A DNA stretch of 21,946 nucleotides from Candidatus Zixiibacteriota bacterium (GTDB taxonomy: Bacteria > Zixibacteria > MSB-5A5 > UBA10806 > 4484-95): contig JAOZPT010000044.1 of NCBI GenBank assembly GCA_029932605.1, positions 1 to 21,946 of the forward strand, in the 5' to 3' direction. The notes beneath the pieces were generated by a model. The model worked only from the letters and a program-made list of their open reading frames with translations. It ran no database searches and was not told where the DNA came from. Made by a program: the position numbers and the translations under genes. The number at the start of each line of letters is the position of its first letter. The stretch's first letter is position 1. Shown here one piece after another: positions 1-9,001 of the stretch.

Positions 1-135
1 GAGACCAATGGGCGGGTAAATTTTGTCTGGGATGCCACTGACAACTCAGGCAATAAGGTTTCTTCGGGTGTTTATTTTGCTAAGGCATTAACGCCCCAAG
101 ATGTAAAGACAGTTAAGCTATTGTATTTAAAATAG
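1..135 (+). CDS. 3' end of a secreted protein with FlgD-Ig/T9SS type A-like C-terminal domain (5' truncated)
   Basis: Manual frame-1 translation ETNGRVNFVWDATDNSGNKVSSGVYFAKALTPQDVKTVKLLYLK*. The WDxxDxxGxxVSSGVYF...KLLYLK pattern matches the end of the 19619..21673 protein. Confidence 0.85.
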   Translation, partial: ETNGRVNFVWDATDNSGNKVSSGVYFAKALTPQDVKTVKLLYLK

Positions 136-204
136 CCAGCATTTATAATCTAATCAACTACGACATTATTAGCCTGTATTATTCATAAATTCTTTTCATT
201 TTAA

Positions 205-283
205 GAAGTGGCTTGGGCATCTTGCCCAAGTATCGCTGCTAAAAAGAGGCAGATCACTTCGTCGCTTTGCTTCTCGTGATGAC
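205..283 (+). repeat. REP/RPE-like palindromic element remnant
   Basis: GTGG followed by perfect hairpin CTTGGGCA-TCT-TGCCCAAG (212-230). 252-283 GATCACTTCGTCGCTTTGCTTCTCGTGATGAC resembles, from memory, the dispersed palindrome arm GATTGCTTCGTCGCTTCGCTCCTCGCAATGAC. Confidence 0.55.
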
Positions 284-382
284 TGAGATTATGAATTTCT
301 GAAACGGGACTCAGGTCATGTTTTGAATATAATGAGTAAACGCAGTCTTTTAACAAACCCGGCACATATATAATTATTTTAC

Positions 383-411
383 TTGATAAGCGTTATCATC
401 TTGGCTATAAT
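383..411 (+). promoter_or_regulatory. sigma70-type promoter for rluB-cmk-plsC
   Basis: TTGATA (383-388), 17 bp spacer, TATAAT (406-411). Confidence 0.7.
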
Positions 412-484
412 TTGCGCTGATTGTGGTTGGAATTAACATGAGCTAATTATATCTACATAGAGAAGAAATAAAAAAACAAAGCGG

Positions 485-1204
485 ATGCGAATAAATAAAT
501 ATCTGGCTCGCTCAGGGATAGCCTCAAGGCGTAATGCCGACGCTCTGATTCTTCAGGGACGGGTTAAACTTAACGGCAAGCTGGTCAAAAAGCCCGGTGT
601 CCAGGTTCAGGAAGGTAAAGATATAGTTAAGGTTGATGGTAAGGTCATCTCCCCGGAGACCGGCTCTTATTACATAATGTTAAATAAACCTGCTGGTTAT
701 CTGGTTTCAAGTCGAGACCCCCATCATAAAAAACTTGTTACATCGCTATTAAGAGAATATAAAGGAAAGGTCTTTCCAATAGGTCGTCTCGACCGAGAAT
801 CATCAGGGCTTTTACTTTTTACTAACGATGGTGAACTTGCTTTCAGATTGAGCCATCCCCGGTTTGCTGTGGAGAAAACCTACGAAGTTGTATGCCAGGG
901 TGCCATAACCGATTCAACGCTTAAGACACTTCAAAAGGGAATCATCCTCGAGGATGGTCCAACTGCTCCGGCACGAGTGAAACTGGTTCACAAGGCAATG
1001 TCAACAAGTGTCGTCCGGATAACCATACACGAGGGGCGCAAGCGGCAGGTGCGTCGGATGTTTAAAAAAGTGGGATATCCTGTACTATCCTTAAAAAGAA
1101 TCGCATTTGGCGGTTTGAACCTGGGTAGTTTAGAGGAAGGAAAATTTATTCACGTTAAAAAATCAGAGATCAAAAAACTGCGTCTTTTAGTGGGGTTTAA
1201 ATAA
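485..1204 (+). CDS. rluB: RsuA/RluB-family rRNA pseudouridine synthase
   Basis: N-terminal S4 domain (MRINKYLARSGIASRR), NKPAG, catalytic GRLD, EGRKRQVRRM. Confidence 0.9.
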   Translation: MRINKYLARSGIASRRNADALILQGRVKLNGKLVKKPGVQVQEGKDIVKVDGKVISPETGSYYIMLNKPAGYLVSSRDPHHKKLVTSLLREYKGKVFPIGRLDRESSGLLLFTNDGELAFRLSHPRFAVEKTYEVVCQGAITDSTLKTLQKGIILEDGPTAPARVKLVHKAMSTSVVRITIHEGRKRQVRRMFKKVGYPVLSLKRIAFGGLNLGSLEEGKFIHVKKSEIKKLRLLVGFK

Positions 1205-1869
1205 TGCCAAAAGTAGTTGTCATCGATGGGCCGGCCGGTTCCGGAAAAAGTACTACCGCCATCGCCTTAGCGAAAAAACTTGGTTACGTTTATCTTGATA
1301 CAGGTGCCATGTATCGCGCCCTGACGCTCAAGTTCCTTAATCTTGGAATTAAAGAATATAACGATGAAAAAAGAATCCGTAATATTCTGGATAATACATC
1401 CATAGAGATTAAACCGGTTGATGATGTGTTGCATATATTCCTCGACGACATTGATGTAACTTATCAAATACGCAGTAATGAGGTTGATAACTATGTGTCA
1501 GAGATTTCAGCTATTGATTCTGTCCGTGATTTTATGCAGGAAAAACAAAGACATATCGCACATGAATATAATATCGTGGCTGAGGGAAGAGACCTTGGCT
1601 CATATGTTTTCCCCGATGCGGATGTTAAGATATTTTTAACGGCAGATCTTGATGTTAGAGCTAAAAGAAGGCTTTTACAGAAAAATGCTTTTCCCGAAGA
1701 ATTCAATGAGTTTCGCAACAACCTCACCAAAAGAGATCGTATTGACTCAAGTCGAAAACATTCACCGTTGAAGAAGGTCGAAGATGCGATAGTGGTTGAT
1801 ACTACAAACCTGACATTTGACCAGCAGGTAGAGAAAATATACAGTATATGCAAAAAGAAAATAGGGTAA
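1204..1869 (+). CDS. cmk: Cytidylate kinase
   Basis: IDGPAGSGKST P-loop, LDTGAMYRA, EGRDLG, RDRIDSSR. TAATG overlap with rluB. Confidence 0.95.
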   Translation: MPKVVVIDGPAGSGKSTTAIALAKKLGYVYLDTGAMYRALTLKFLNLGIKEYNDEKRIRNILDNTSIEIKPVDDVLHIFLDDIDVTYQIRSNEVDNYVSEISAIDSVRDFMQEKQRHIAHEYNIVAEGRDLGSYVFPDADVKIFLTADLDVRAKRRLLQKNAFPEEFNEFRNNLTKRDRIDSSRKHSPLKKVEDAIVVDTTNLTFDQQVEKIYSICKKKIG

Positions 1870-2495
1870 ACAGTTTTTACTGGGGATGTCATTTTGTCAT
1901 AAATTTATATATGCGAAGTTTGTGCAGACTCGAGCTCTATGGTCTCGAAAATATCCCTGCTGAAGGTGGTTTAATTATCGCCTCTAATCATACATCCATA
2001 GCCGACCCTTTTCTGTTGGGCTCAACTGTTCCTCGTGAATTATGGTTTATGGCCAAAAAGGAGCTTTTTAAATCATTTTTACTGAAAAATATAATATCGA
2101 GGTTGAATGCTTTTCCGGTTGACAGGTTTGGGTTCGACATAGATGTGATAAGGCAATCTTTAGCGGTTCTAAAACAGGGTAAAGCACTTGTGATGTTTCC
2201 CGAGGGAACTCGCTCGAAAGATGGTATAATCCGAAAAGGAAAAATCGGAATTGGTATGCTTGCAAAAAAGGCAGGCATTCCGATTGTTCCCGTCTATATG
2301 GAAAATACAAGAAAAGCCTGGATGAATTTTATCCGGGGTAAAAATTTAAGAGTTGTTTTTGGACAGATTATTGAAGTCACGTGGATAAATACCCGACGAG
2401 AATCCAAAGACGGGTATATAGAGATAACCGATGAAGTAATGAGCAGGATTAAGATCCTTAAGCAGAAAATAACTTCTTTATCCCAAGATGCTTGA
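1848..2495 (+). CDS. plsC: 1-acyl-sn-glycerol-3-phosphate acyltransferase (start uncertain)
   Basis: NHTSIAD (HxxxxD), FPEGTRS, PIVPV motifs. Common cmk-plsC-rpsA synteny. Confidence 0.9.
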   Translation: MQKENRVNSFYWGCHFVINLYMRSLCRLELYGLENIPAEGGLIIASNHTSIADPFLLGSTVPRELWFMAKKELFKSFLLKNIISRLNAFPVDRFGFDIDVIRQSLAVLKQGKALVMFPEGTRSKDGIIRKGKIGIGMLAKKAGIPIVPVYMENTRKAWMNFIRGKNLRVVFGQIIEVTWINTRRESKDGYIEITDEVMSRIKILKQKITSLSQDA

Positions 2496-2667
2496 TTAAC
2501 CATTTTAGATTTTCGCTTGATAAAAAACCCGTGCTTGGCTTTTATCTAATTGCTATCGGCCGATAAAAAAAGTGATTGCTTTATCGGGGATAGCACTTAT
2601 ATTTCCCTAGACCCGGTGAGAGGTCAACCCTTTGGGGTAATGAATATGTTAAGGAGGATTTTGTTAA

Positions 2668-4698
2668 ATGGTCGTAAAGAAGAAAACCGCGGTAGCGAAA
2701 AAAGCCGCGAAAGAAACTAAAAAGCATGGAGGTGGTGCTAAAAGTAAAACTGAAAAAGCCAGAAAGAGATCAAGAGCAGCTGCAACCGCCAAGAAAAAAC
2801 AGGCTAAGGAAGTCAAAGCTGCAAAAGAAACGCCTGTTAGGAAAACACGCACCAAAGCCCCCAGAACAAAAATTAAAAAATTAGATACTCCGGTTGTCCT
2901 GACTGAGGAGGAAATCGAAGAACAGGAATATTCCGAAGAGGAATATAATAAAATGCTGGTAATGTATGAGAGCACCATGCAGGACTTCAAAGAAGGAGAG
3001 ATTGTCACGGGTAAAGTGATGGGGGTAACCAGGGATGATGTTATCGTTGATGTCGGTTTTAAATCGGAGGGTATTATACCTATCAGTGAATTCCCTGAAC
3101 CTATCAATGTTTCAGTAGGGGATCAGATCGATGTTTTCCTTGACGTTATTGAAGACAACGACGGTCAGTTGGTGCTTTCAAAACAAAAAGCGGATTTCCT
3201 TAAAGTTTGGGATAAAATCAAAGATGCTCACGATTCGGGAGCCACAATCAAAGGTAGAATAGTCAGGCGCATAAAAGGCGGTCTCGTTGTCGATTTATAT
3301 GGTGTAGAATCATTTCTACCCGGTTCACAGGTAGCTATCAGACAGGTGCCTGATTTTGATGCTCTTTTAAACCAGGAAATGGACCTGAAAATTATAAAAA
3401 TAAATAAAAGCAGACGTAATATTGTAGTTTCACGCAGAGCTGTTCTTGAAGAAGAGCGCAATAAGATGCGAGAAACGCTTCTAAAAGAGATAGAGCCGGG
3501 TCAGATCCGTGAGGGCATAGTAAAAAATATAACCGATTTTGGCGTGTTCATCGACCTTGGTGGAGTTGATGGCCTTTTACACATAACCGATATGTCCTGG
3601 GGGCGTATCAATCATCCATCTGAGATTACAAAACTTGGTCAACAAATCAAGGTAAAGATATTAGATTTCGATAAGGAATCAGGGCGTATATCTTTGGGGC
3701 TCAAACAACTCACCCCGTATCCCTGGGAGAATGTCGAAGAAAAATATCCGGTTAACAGCCGTGTTAAAGGTAAAGTCGTTTCTATTACCGACTATGGAGC
3801 CTTTGTTGAACTTGAACTCGGTGTTGAAGGACTGATTCATATCTCGGAAATGTCCTGGACTCAACATATAAAACATCCTTCAAGATTACTTTCTGTTGGC
3901 GATTTAGTCGAAGCGGTTGTTTTGACCGTTGACAGGGAAAACGAAAAAATTTCACTTGGATTAAAACAGCTTGAACCAGATCCATGGCTTACACTCGATT
4001 TAAAATACCCGATTGGCTCTATTGTCAAAGGTAGGGTAAGAAATCTCACTACATTTGGTGCATTTGTTGAAATTGAGGAGGGTATTGACGGATTGGTTCA
4101 TATTTCTGATATGTCCTGGACTAAACGTATTCAACATCCCTCAGAAATTATGAAAAGGAACGACGAAATCGAGGTTAAGGTTTTAAGTATAGACCAGGAA
4201 AACCGTAGAATTTCCTTGGGGCATAAACAGGTCCAGGAAGACCCCTGGCCAAGCCTTGAATTAAAATATGCGGTCAATACCGAAACATTAGGCACGATTA
4301 CCAGATTGCTCGATCGTGGGGTTATAGTTGAGCTTGAAGGAGAAGTCGAAGGATTTGTACCTTCTAATAAATTAGGTAAGGCGGACATAAGCAAACCCAG
4401 TGAAGCCTTCTCAATCGGTGAGACCATTCCTTTACGAGTTATTGAATTCGACAATAAAAATCGGAAAATAGTTCTCTCCGTAGAGGCTTATTATGCTGTC
4501 AGGGAAAGAGAAGAACTAGATAAGTTTTTGGCTCAACACCCAACCCGCACGGTTAAAGTAAAGGATGTTGTTGGAGAGGAAGTGGATGATTTCCCCGAGA
4601 AGAAACCCGAAAGTGAAATACATTCTGAATCAGAACAGATGCCTTCGGTTAAAGCGCCAGATGAGAAACCGGAATCGACACCAAACGACCAGAACTGA
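2668..4698 (+). CDS. rpsA: 30S ribosomal protein S1, six S1 domains, with Lys/Ala-rich N-terminal extension and acidic C-tail
   Basis: DVGFKSEG, FLPGSQV, GLLHITDMSW, GLIHISEMSW, GLVHISDMSW. SD AAGGAGG at 2651-2657. Confidence 0.97.
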   Translation: MVVKKKTAVAKKAAKETKKHGGGAKSKTEKARKRSRAAATAKKKQAKEVKAAKETPVRKTRTKAPRTKIKKLDTPVVLTEEEIEEQEYSEEEYNKMLVMYESTMQDFKEGEIVTGKVMGVTRDDVIVDVGFKSEGIIPISEFPEPINVSVGDQIDVFLDVIEDNDGQLVLSKQKADFLKVWDKIKDAHDSGATIKGRIVRRIKGGLVVDLYGVESFLPGSQVAIRQVPDFDALLNQEMDLKIIKINKSRRNIVVSRRAVLEEERNKMRETLLKEIEPGQIREGIVKNITDFGVFIDLGGVDGLLHITDMSWGRINHPSEITKLGQQIKVKILDFDKESGRISLGLKQLTPYPWENVEEKYPVNSRVKGKVVSITDYGAFVELELGVEGLIHISEMSWTQHIKHPSRLLSVGDLVEAVVLTVDRENEKISLGLKQLEPDPWLTLDLKYPIGSIVKGRVRNLTTFGAFVEIEEGIDGLVHISDMSWTKRIQHPSEIMKRNDEIEVKVLSIDQENRRISLGHKQVQEDPWPSLELKYAVNTETLGTITRLLDRGVIVELEGEVEGFVPSNKLGKADISKPSEAFSIGETIPLRVIEFDNKNRKIVLSVEAYYAVREREELDKFLAQHPTRTVKVKDVVGEEVDDFPEKKPESEIHSESEQMPSVKAPDEKPESTPNDQN

Positions 4699-4718
4699 TT
4701 AGAAAATTATGATATTAT

Positions 4719-4760
4719 CCCCTGGTTAAGTCCAAAGGTTTGCAACCGGGGGTTTTTTAT
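4719..4760 (+). terminator. Intrinsic terminator after rpsA
   Basis: CCCCTGGTT (4719-4727) pairs with AACCGGGGG (4744-4752, one G-U), followed by TTTTTTAT. Confidence 0.75.
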
Positions 4761-4789
4761 TTGACATAAGGATATGCCGTTATTAAAAT
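4761..4789 (+). promoter_or_regulatory. sigma70-type promoter for the msbA-led gene run
   Basis: TTGACA (4761-4766), 17 bp, TAAAAT (4784-4789), directly after the terminator T-tract. Confidence 0.75.
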
Positions 4790-4852
4790 TGAAGTATATG
4801 CATGGAGTTATAGTTGTTAAAAGGATGTCATTGATCAAGAGATAAACCTGGT

Positions 4853-6685
4853 ATGAACGTTTATTGGCGACTACTTAAATATATCAAACCGCACCTGGCT
4901 CTTTTTGTACTGGCTGTTATTTGTATGTTTTTTTTAGCGCTTACAAGCGGTGTTTCCCTTACAACCATAGTTCCCATAACAAACATAGTATTCGAACCAA
5001 ACGACACCCTATCATATTCTGACACAATAAATTATAAAACATCATTTAAAGATATACTTAAACTTGATAAAAAGGCTATTTTGTCGGTTATTGGTGGTAA
5101 AACCCGACTTGATAAGTTAACTCGTGTAGGTATCTTGTTGATTTTAATATTCTTAATAAAGAACATATTCTTTTTTGGTCAAAAATATTTAACCGTAAGA
5201 GTTGAACAGGGTATAGTCAGGGATATTCGAAACGATGTTTACCTTAAATATCATTCTTTGCCTTTATCTTTTTTCCATGGTAAGAGGTCGGGCGAGCTGA
5301 TTTCACGACTTACCAACGATGTTACACTTATCATGGGAGCAGTTGGCAAAGGTCTTTCAGAACTAATAAAAAACAGCTTTTATTTTGTTTTTTACCTGGC
5401 CATAGCTTTATGGGCATCCTGGCAAATGGCTTTAGCCACGTTGGTGATTTTACCTCCTGCAGTTATAATAATAAGTCTTATTGGTCGGAAATTAAGAGCA
5501 AATTCTACTATAACACAGGAGAAAATGGCTTCGGTGACATCTGTTCTCCAAGAAACGATATCAGGAATTAGAGTAGTTAAGGCTTTCGGAATGCAAAACT
5601 TTGAGATTGCTAAATTCAAGAAATTTGCGCAGGAGTATTTTCGAACGATGGTGAAATTGACGAGGGTTTCCTCTTTGGGACCGCCACTTACCGAGCTTTT
5701 AGGGGTGACAGCCGGTGCCTTGATTTTATGGTATGGAGGCAGACAGATTCTAACTGGTGGTTCATTAACGACCAGCACATTTTTACTGTTTTTACTTGCG
5801 GCATTTTCCATGATGGACCCAATAAAAAAATTAAGCTATGTAAATATCGACATCCAGCAAGGAGTGGCTGCTGCTGAAAGGATATTCAACATCTTGGATA
5901 TTAAAGAGTTCATCTCCGAAAGAAAAAACGCACTTGAAGTAACCGAATTTAAGAAATCCATAAGATATGAAAATATATCATTTAGCTATGGTGCAGGTGA
6001 GTTCTCGTTAAAAAATATAAACATTAATTTGAACAGGGGTGAAATCCTAGCCTTAGTGGGTCCCTCGGGTGGTGGTAAATCAACTCTGGTTGACCTTCTG
6101 CCAAGGTTCTATGACCCTACCTCTGGTCGAGTAACCATCGATGATGTGGACATACGTGATATCACAATTAGTTCACTCAGATCATTAATGGGAATTGTAA
6201 CCCAGGAAACCATTCTCTTTAATGATACTATAGCTAACAATATCGCCTATGGGCAACTTGATACCCCTTTAAGTCGCATAAAGGAGGTGGCTGAAGCTGC
6301 TTATGCAGACGAATTTATTGAGAGTTTACCGAAAGGCTATGATACTTTAATTGGTGACCGTGGGATCAAACTCTCTGGTGGACAAAGACAGCGTTTAGCT
6401 ATTGCTCGAGCCCTTCTCAAGGACCCACCAATACTTATATTTGATGAAGCCACATCGTCTCTTGATACCGAATCAGAACTTTTAATCCAGAAAGCTATCG
6501 ACAATCTTTTATCTGGTAGGACAGTGATTGTGGTCGCTCATAGATTGTCTACGATACGGAATGCTGACCAGATACTGGTTATTGATAAAGGTCGAATTGT
6601 AGAGGGGGGTTCACATAATGACTTGGTTGCTGATAACGGTCTGTATAAAAAACTCTATGAAATGCAATTTGCAGAGGCGAGATAA
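4853..6685 (+). CDS. msbA: MsbA-like ABC exporter (lipid A flippase), fused TMD-NBD
   Basis: Multi-helix TMD, Walker A GPSGGGKST, LSGGQRQR signature, ILIFDEATSSLD, AHRLST. LPS gene context. Confidence 0.85.
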   Translation: MNVYWRLLKYIKPHLALFVLAVICMFFLALTSGVSLTTIVPITNIVFEPNDTLSYSDTINYKTSFKDILKLDKKAILSVIGGKTRLDKLTRVGILLILIFLIKNIFFFGQKYLTVRVEQGIVRDIRNDVYLKYHSLPLSFFHGKRSGELISRLTNDVTLIMGAVGKGLSELIKNSFYFVFYLAIALWASWQMALATLVILPPAVIIISLIGRKLRANSTITQEKMASVTSVLQETISGIRVVKAFGMQNFEIAKFKKFAQEYFRTMVKLTRVSSLGPPLTELLGVTAGALILWYGGRQILTGGSLTTSTFLLFLLAAFSMMDPIKKLSYVNIDIQQGVAAAERIFNILDIKEFISERKNALEVTEFKKSIRYENISFSYGAGEFSLKNININLNRGEILALVGPSGGGKSTLVDLLPRFYDPTSGRVTIDDVDIRDITISSLRSLMGIVTQETILFNDTIANNIAYGQLDTPLSRIKEVAEAAYADEFIESLPKGYDTLIGDRGIKLSGGQRQRLAIARALLKDPPILIFDEATSSLDTESELLIQKAIDNLLSGRTVIVVAHRLSTIRNADQILVIDKGRIVEGGSHNDLVADNGLYKKLYEMQFAEAR

Positions 6686-6744
6686 CGCCTAATTGAGCTT
6701 ATTAAAACAGTTTGATTGCAGGAACTTATATGGAGATTTTATAA

Positions 6745-7881
6745 ATGGAGCGGGTCAACCCCTATCTTAATAATATCGCCTTTTATTTAGTGTTGTTATT
6801 TGCGATAGTGTTACCCCTCTCAAATGCTTTGGCCGAGGCAATTGCCGTAGCGATATTGGTGATATGGATTGCTCAGAATATTGCCTACCGAAGGAAAAGC
6901 TGGACAAAATATCCCTTGTTTAAACCTCTTTGTGCCTTAATAGGATTTAAATTGATTGTGCTTTTAGTATCGGGTTATCAAGGTAGTTTTGGCAGTCCGT
7001 TCGAACAATTAACCCTTCCACTATTATATTTCATGGTTCCGGCGATAGTTGTCAATTCCCAAAGACGCCGTAAGGTTATGTGGCTTTTAATTGCTGGAGC
7101 GATCCTGGCTTCGGGAATAGGTATTATAAAATATTTCAGTGGGATTGAATCCAGGGTCTCTTCGATTGTTTCGGGTTATTATACTCTGGCCAGTTACCTT
7201 ACCGTAGTTCTCGGTCTGGTTCTAGCGATGTTTGTTTTTTCGAAAAAAATAGGAGAAAAATTATTTTTGGGGTTGGTCTCATTACCTTTTATAGCTGGAA
7301 TAATTTTCACATTTGTTAGAGCCTGTTATTTCGTGACCGGTATATTCGTTTTATTACTTGGTATATTAAAAGATAAAAGATTGTTGATACCGGTGGTGGT
7401 TGTAATTTTGTTACTTTTAATGTTTTCACCTCAATCTATTAATACGGTATCCCAGAGGTTTGATTTTTCATCTAAAGAAGCTTTATCCGAAAGAGATGTA
7501 CTTTTACAAAAAGGATTGTCAAAGGTCGATGATGTTGGATTTTTTGGGTATGGTATCAACAGCTTTCCTGCACTTTATAATGTTTTAGCTGATCCGGACA
7601 TAAAGGATAAAAGCATTAACACCTGGCATAATATGTATCTTGAATTTCTTCTTGATGGTGGGCCTTTACTACTTTTAATATTACTCTGGATATTGATAGC
7701 ACAGGCTCGCTATTCGTGGGCAATATATAGAAAAACCCAGACGGAAGAACAAAAAACATATCAACTGGGAATTTTATTATTTATTATATATTTGGTGGTG
7801 GTTGGTTTTTTTGCCGACCCATTAAGAGACCCGATTATATCAATGCTTACATGGTTGGTTCTGGGCTTATCATTGATATAA
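6745..7881 (+). CDS. O-antigen ligase (WaaL/Wzy_C) family membrane protein
   Basis: Polytopic hydrophobic protein with TFVRAC, FFGYGINSF and WHNMYLEFLLDGG (HNxYL) motifs. Confidence 0.85.
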   Translation: MERVNPYLNNIAFYLVLLFAIVLPLSNALAEAIAVAILVIWIAQNIAYRRKSWTKYPLFKPLCALIGFKLIVLLVSGYQGSFGSPFEQLTLPLLYFMVPAIVVNSQRRRKVMWLLIAGAILASGIGIIKYFSGIESRVSSIVSGYYTLASYLTVVLGLVLAMFVFSKKIGEKLFLGLVSLPFIAGIIFTFVRACYFVTGIFVLLLGILKDKRLLIPVVVVILLLLMFSPQSINTVSQRFDFSSKEALSERDVLLQKGLSKVDDVGFFGYGINSFPALYNVLADPDIKDKSINTWHNMYLEFLLDGGPLLLLILLWILIAQARYSWAIYRKTQTEEQKTYQLGILLFIIYLVVVGFFADPLRDPIISMLTWLVLGLSLI

Positions 7882-7975
7882 TATTCCGGGTTAGTATTTT
7901 TCAAAGGGTTCTTTTAACCCTCTATTAACTAACGGAAACGAAGAATGTTTGTTATGTCAATCGGATTATATTGAT

Positions 7976-9001
7976 ATGCCAAAAAGGAAAATTAAACTTA
8001 CAGGCTCTGAAAAAATCCTTTTAGTGCGACCAGACAGACTTGGAGATCTTATTCTTTCTCTTCCTGTAGCCTCAACATTAAAGAAGATATATCCTAGAAT
8101 AGTAATTCATTTCTTAGCTTCTCATTACAATGCTCAGGTGTTTAATTTTTCACCTGATGTCGATAATTATATTTTAATGACGGAATCTGACGGTAAACCT
8201 TTAAAGGTTGAAAAATTAATCGGGGTTTTAGAGGCTGAATCGTATGCTGTAGCTCTGTTTTTAAAACCCTCCTGGTTGAGCGCTTTTGCCGCATATATAG
8301 CGGGTATTCCGATAAGGGTCGGTACCTGGCGGCGGCCATATTCGTTGCTGTTTAATATAAGGGAGAATGTCAGGCGGAAATATTCAGGCATACATGAAGT
8401 GGATTTAAATCTTATGATGTTAAGACCATTTGGCATAGATGTAGAATTGGGAACTGTTACACCTTCCTTGAAAACTGGTTTTGTCGATGGGGAAGACGAC
8501 GTTGGGTTAGGAGTCGATAATAATTATATGGTTATTCATCCCTTTTCCAAAGGTTCTGCTCCTAACTGGCCCATACAATCATATCTTCGTCTTGCCGACA
8601 TGTTAAGTGAGAATATAGCAGTTGTGATTACAGGACAATATAACTCTCAGCTGGATATATCGGATCGGATATACAACCTGGTTAATAAAACCAGCTTTAA
8701 TCAACTGGTAAGTGTTATATCACGGGCCAAGTTGTTTATATCGGGTAGCACCGGCCCCTTGCACCTTGCTGCCGCTTTAGGAACGCCTTCTCTGGCTTTG
8801 TATCCAGACCACCCGAACTTAGGGCCACAAAGATGGGGACCACGTGGAGAAAAGGTAGCAGTATTAACTTCCTGTAAACAAAACGGTCATAAATACAGTA
8901 TTAAAAATAATGGGAACAATGATTGCATGAAAAGCATCAAGGTAAATACTGTCTTTGAAAAAGCTTGCAGGATGTTGTCTGACGGAGCGATGTCGGTATG
9001 A
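7976..9001 (+). CDS. Glycosyltransferase family 9 (LPS heptosyltransferase-like); ATG 7976 preferred over TTG 7949
   Basis: KILLVRPDRLGDLIL, IHPFS...NWP, STGPLHLAAALGTP, RWGP. Confidence 0.88.
   Translation: MPKRKIKLTGSEKILLVRPDRLGDLILSLPVASTLKKIYPRIVIHFLASHYNAQVFNFSPDVDNYILMTESDGKPLKVEKLIGVLEAESYAVALFLKPSWLSAFAAYIAGIPIRVGTWRRPYSLLFNIRENVRRKYSGIHEVDLNLMMLRPFGIDVELGTVTPSLKTGFVDGEDDVGLGVDNNYMVIHPFSKGSAPNWPIQSYLRLADMLSENIAVVITGQYNSQLDISDRIYNLVNKTSFNQLVSVISRAKLFISGSTGPLHLAAALGTPSLALYPDHPNLGPQRWGPRGEKVAVLTSCKQNGHKYSIKNNGNNDCMKSIKVNTVFEKACRMLSDGAMSV

Noticed and set aside
205..320. Hammerhead ribozyme or known riboswitch
   Set aside because: I could not place the hammerhead core (CUGANGA and GAAA at the junction) or a known aptamer consensus in this fold on either strand.
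360..380. GGCAC as a sigma54 -24 element upstream of rluB
   Set aside because: No GC at the -12 position, and a good sigma70 promoter is adjacent.
2664..4454. Several minus-strand ORFs antisense to rpsA (up to 147 aa)
   Set aside because: Shadow ORFs of a conserved gene with no recognisable motifs. The same applies to antisense or off-frame ORFs inside cmk, plsC, msbA, the GT9s, rel, uppP, amrS, the aminotransferase and the repeat protein.
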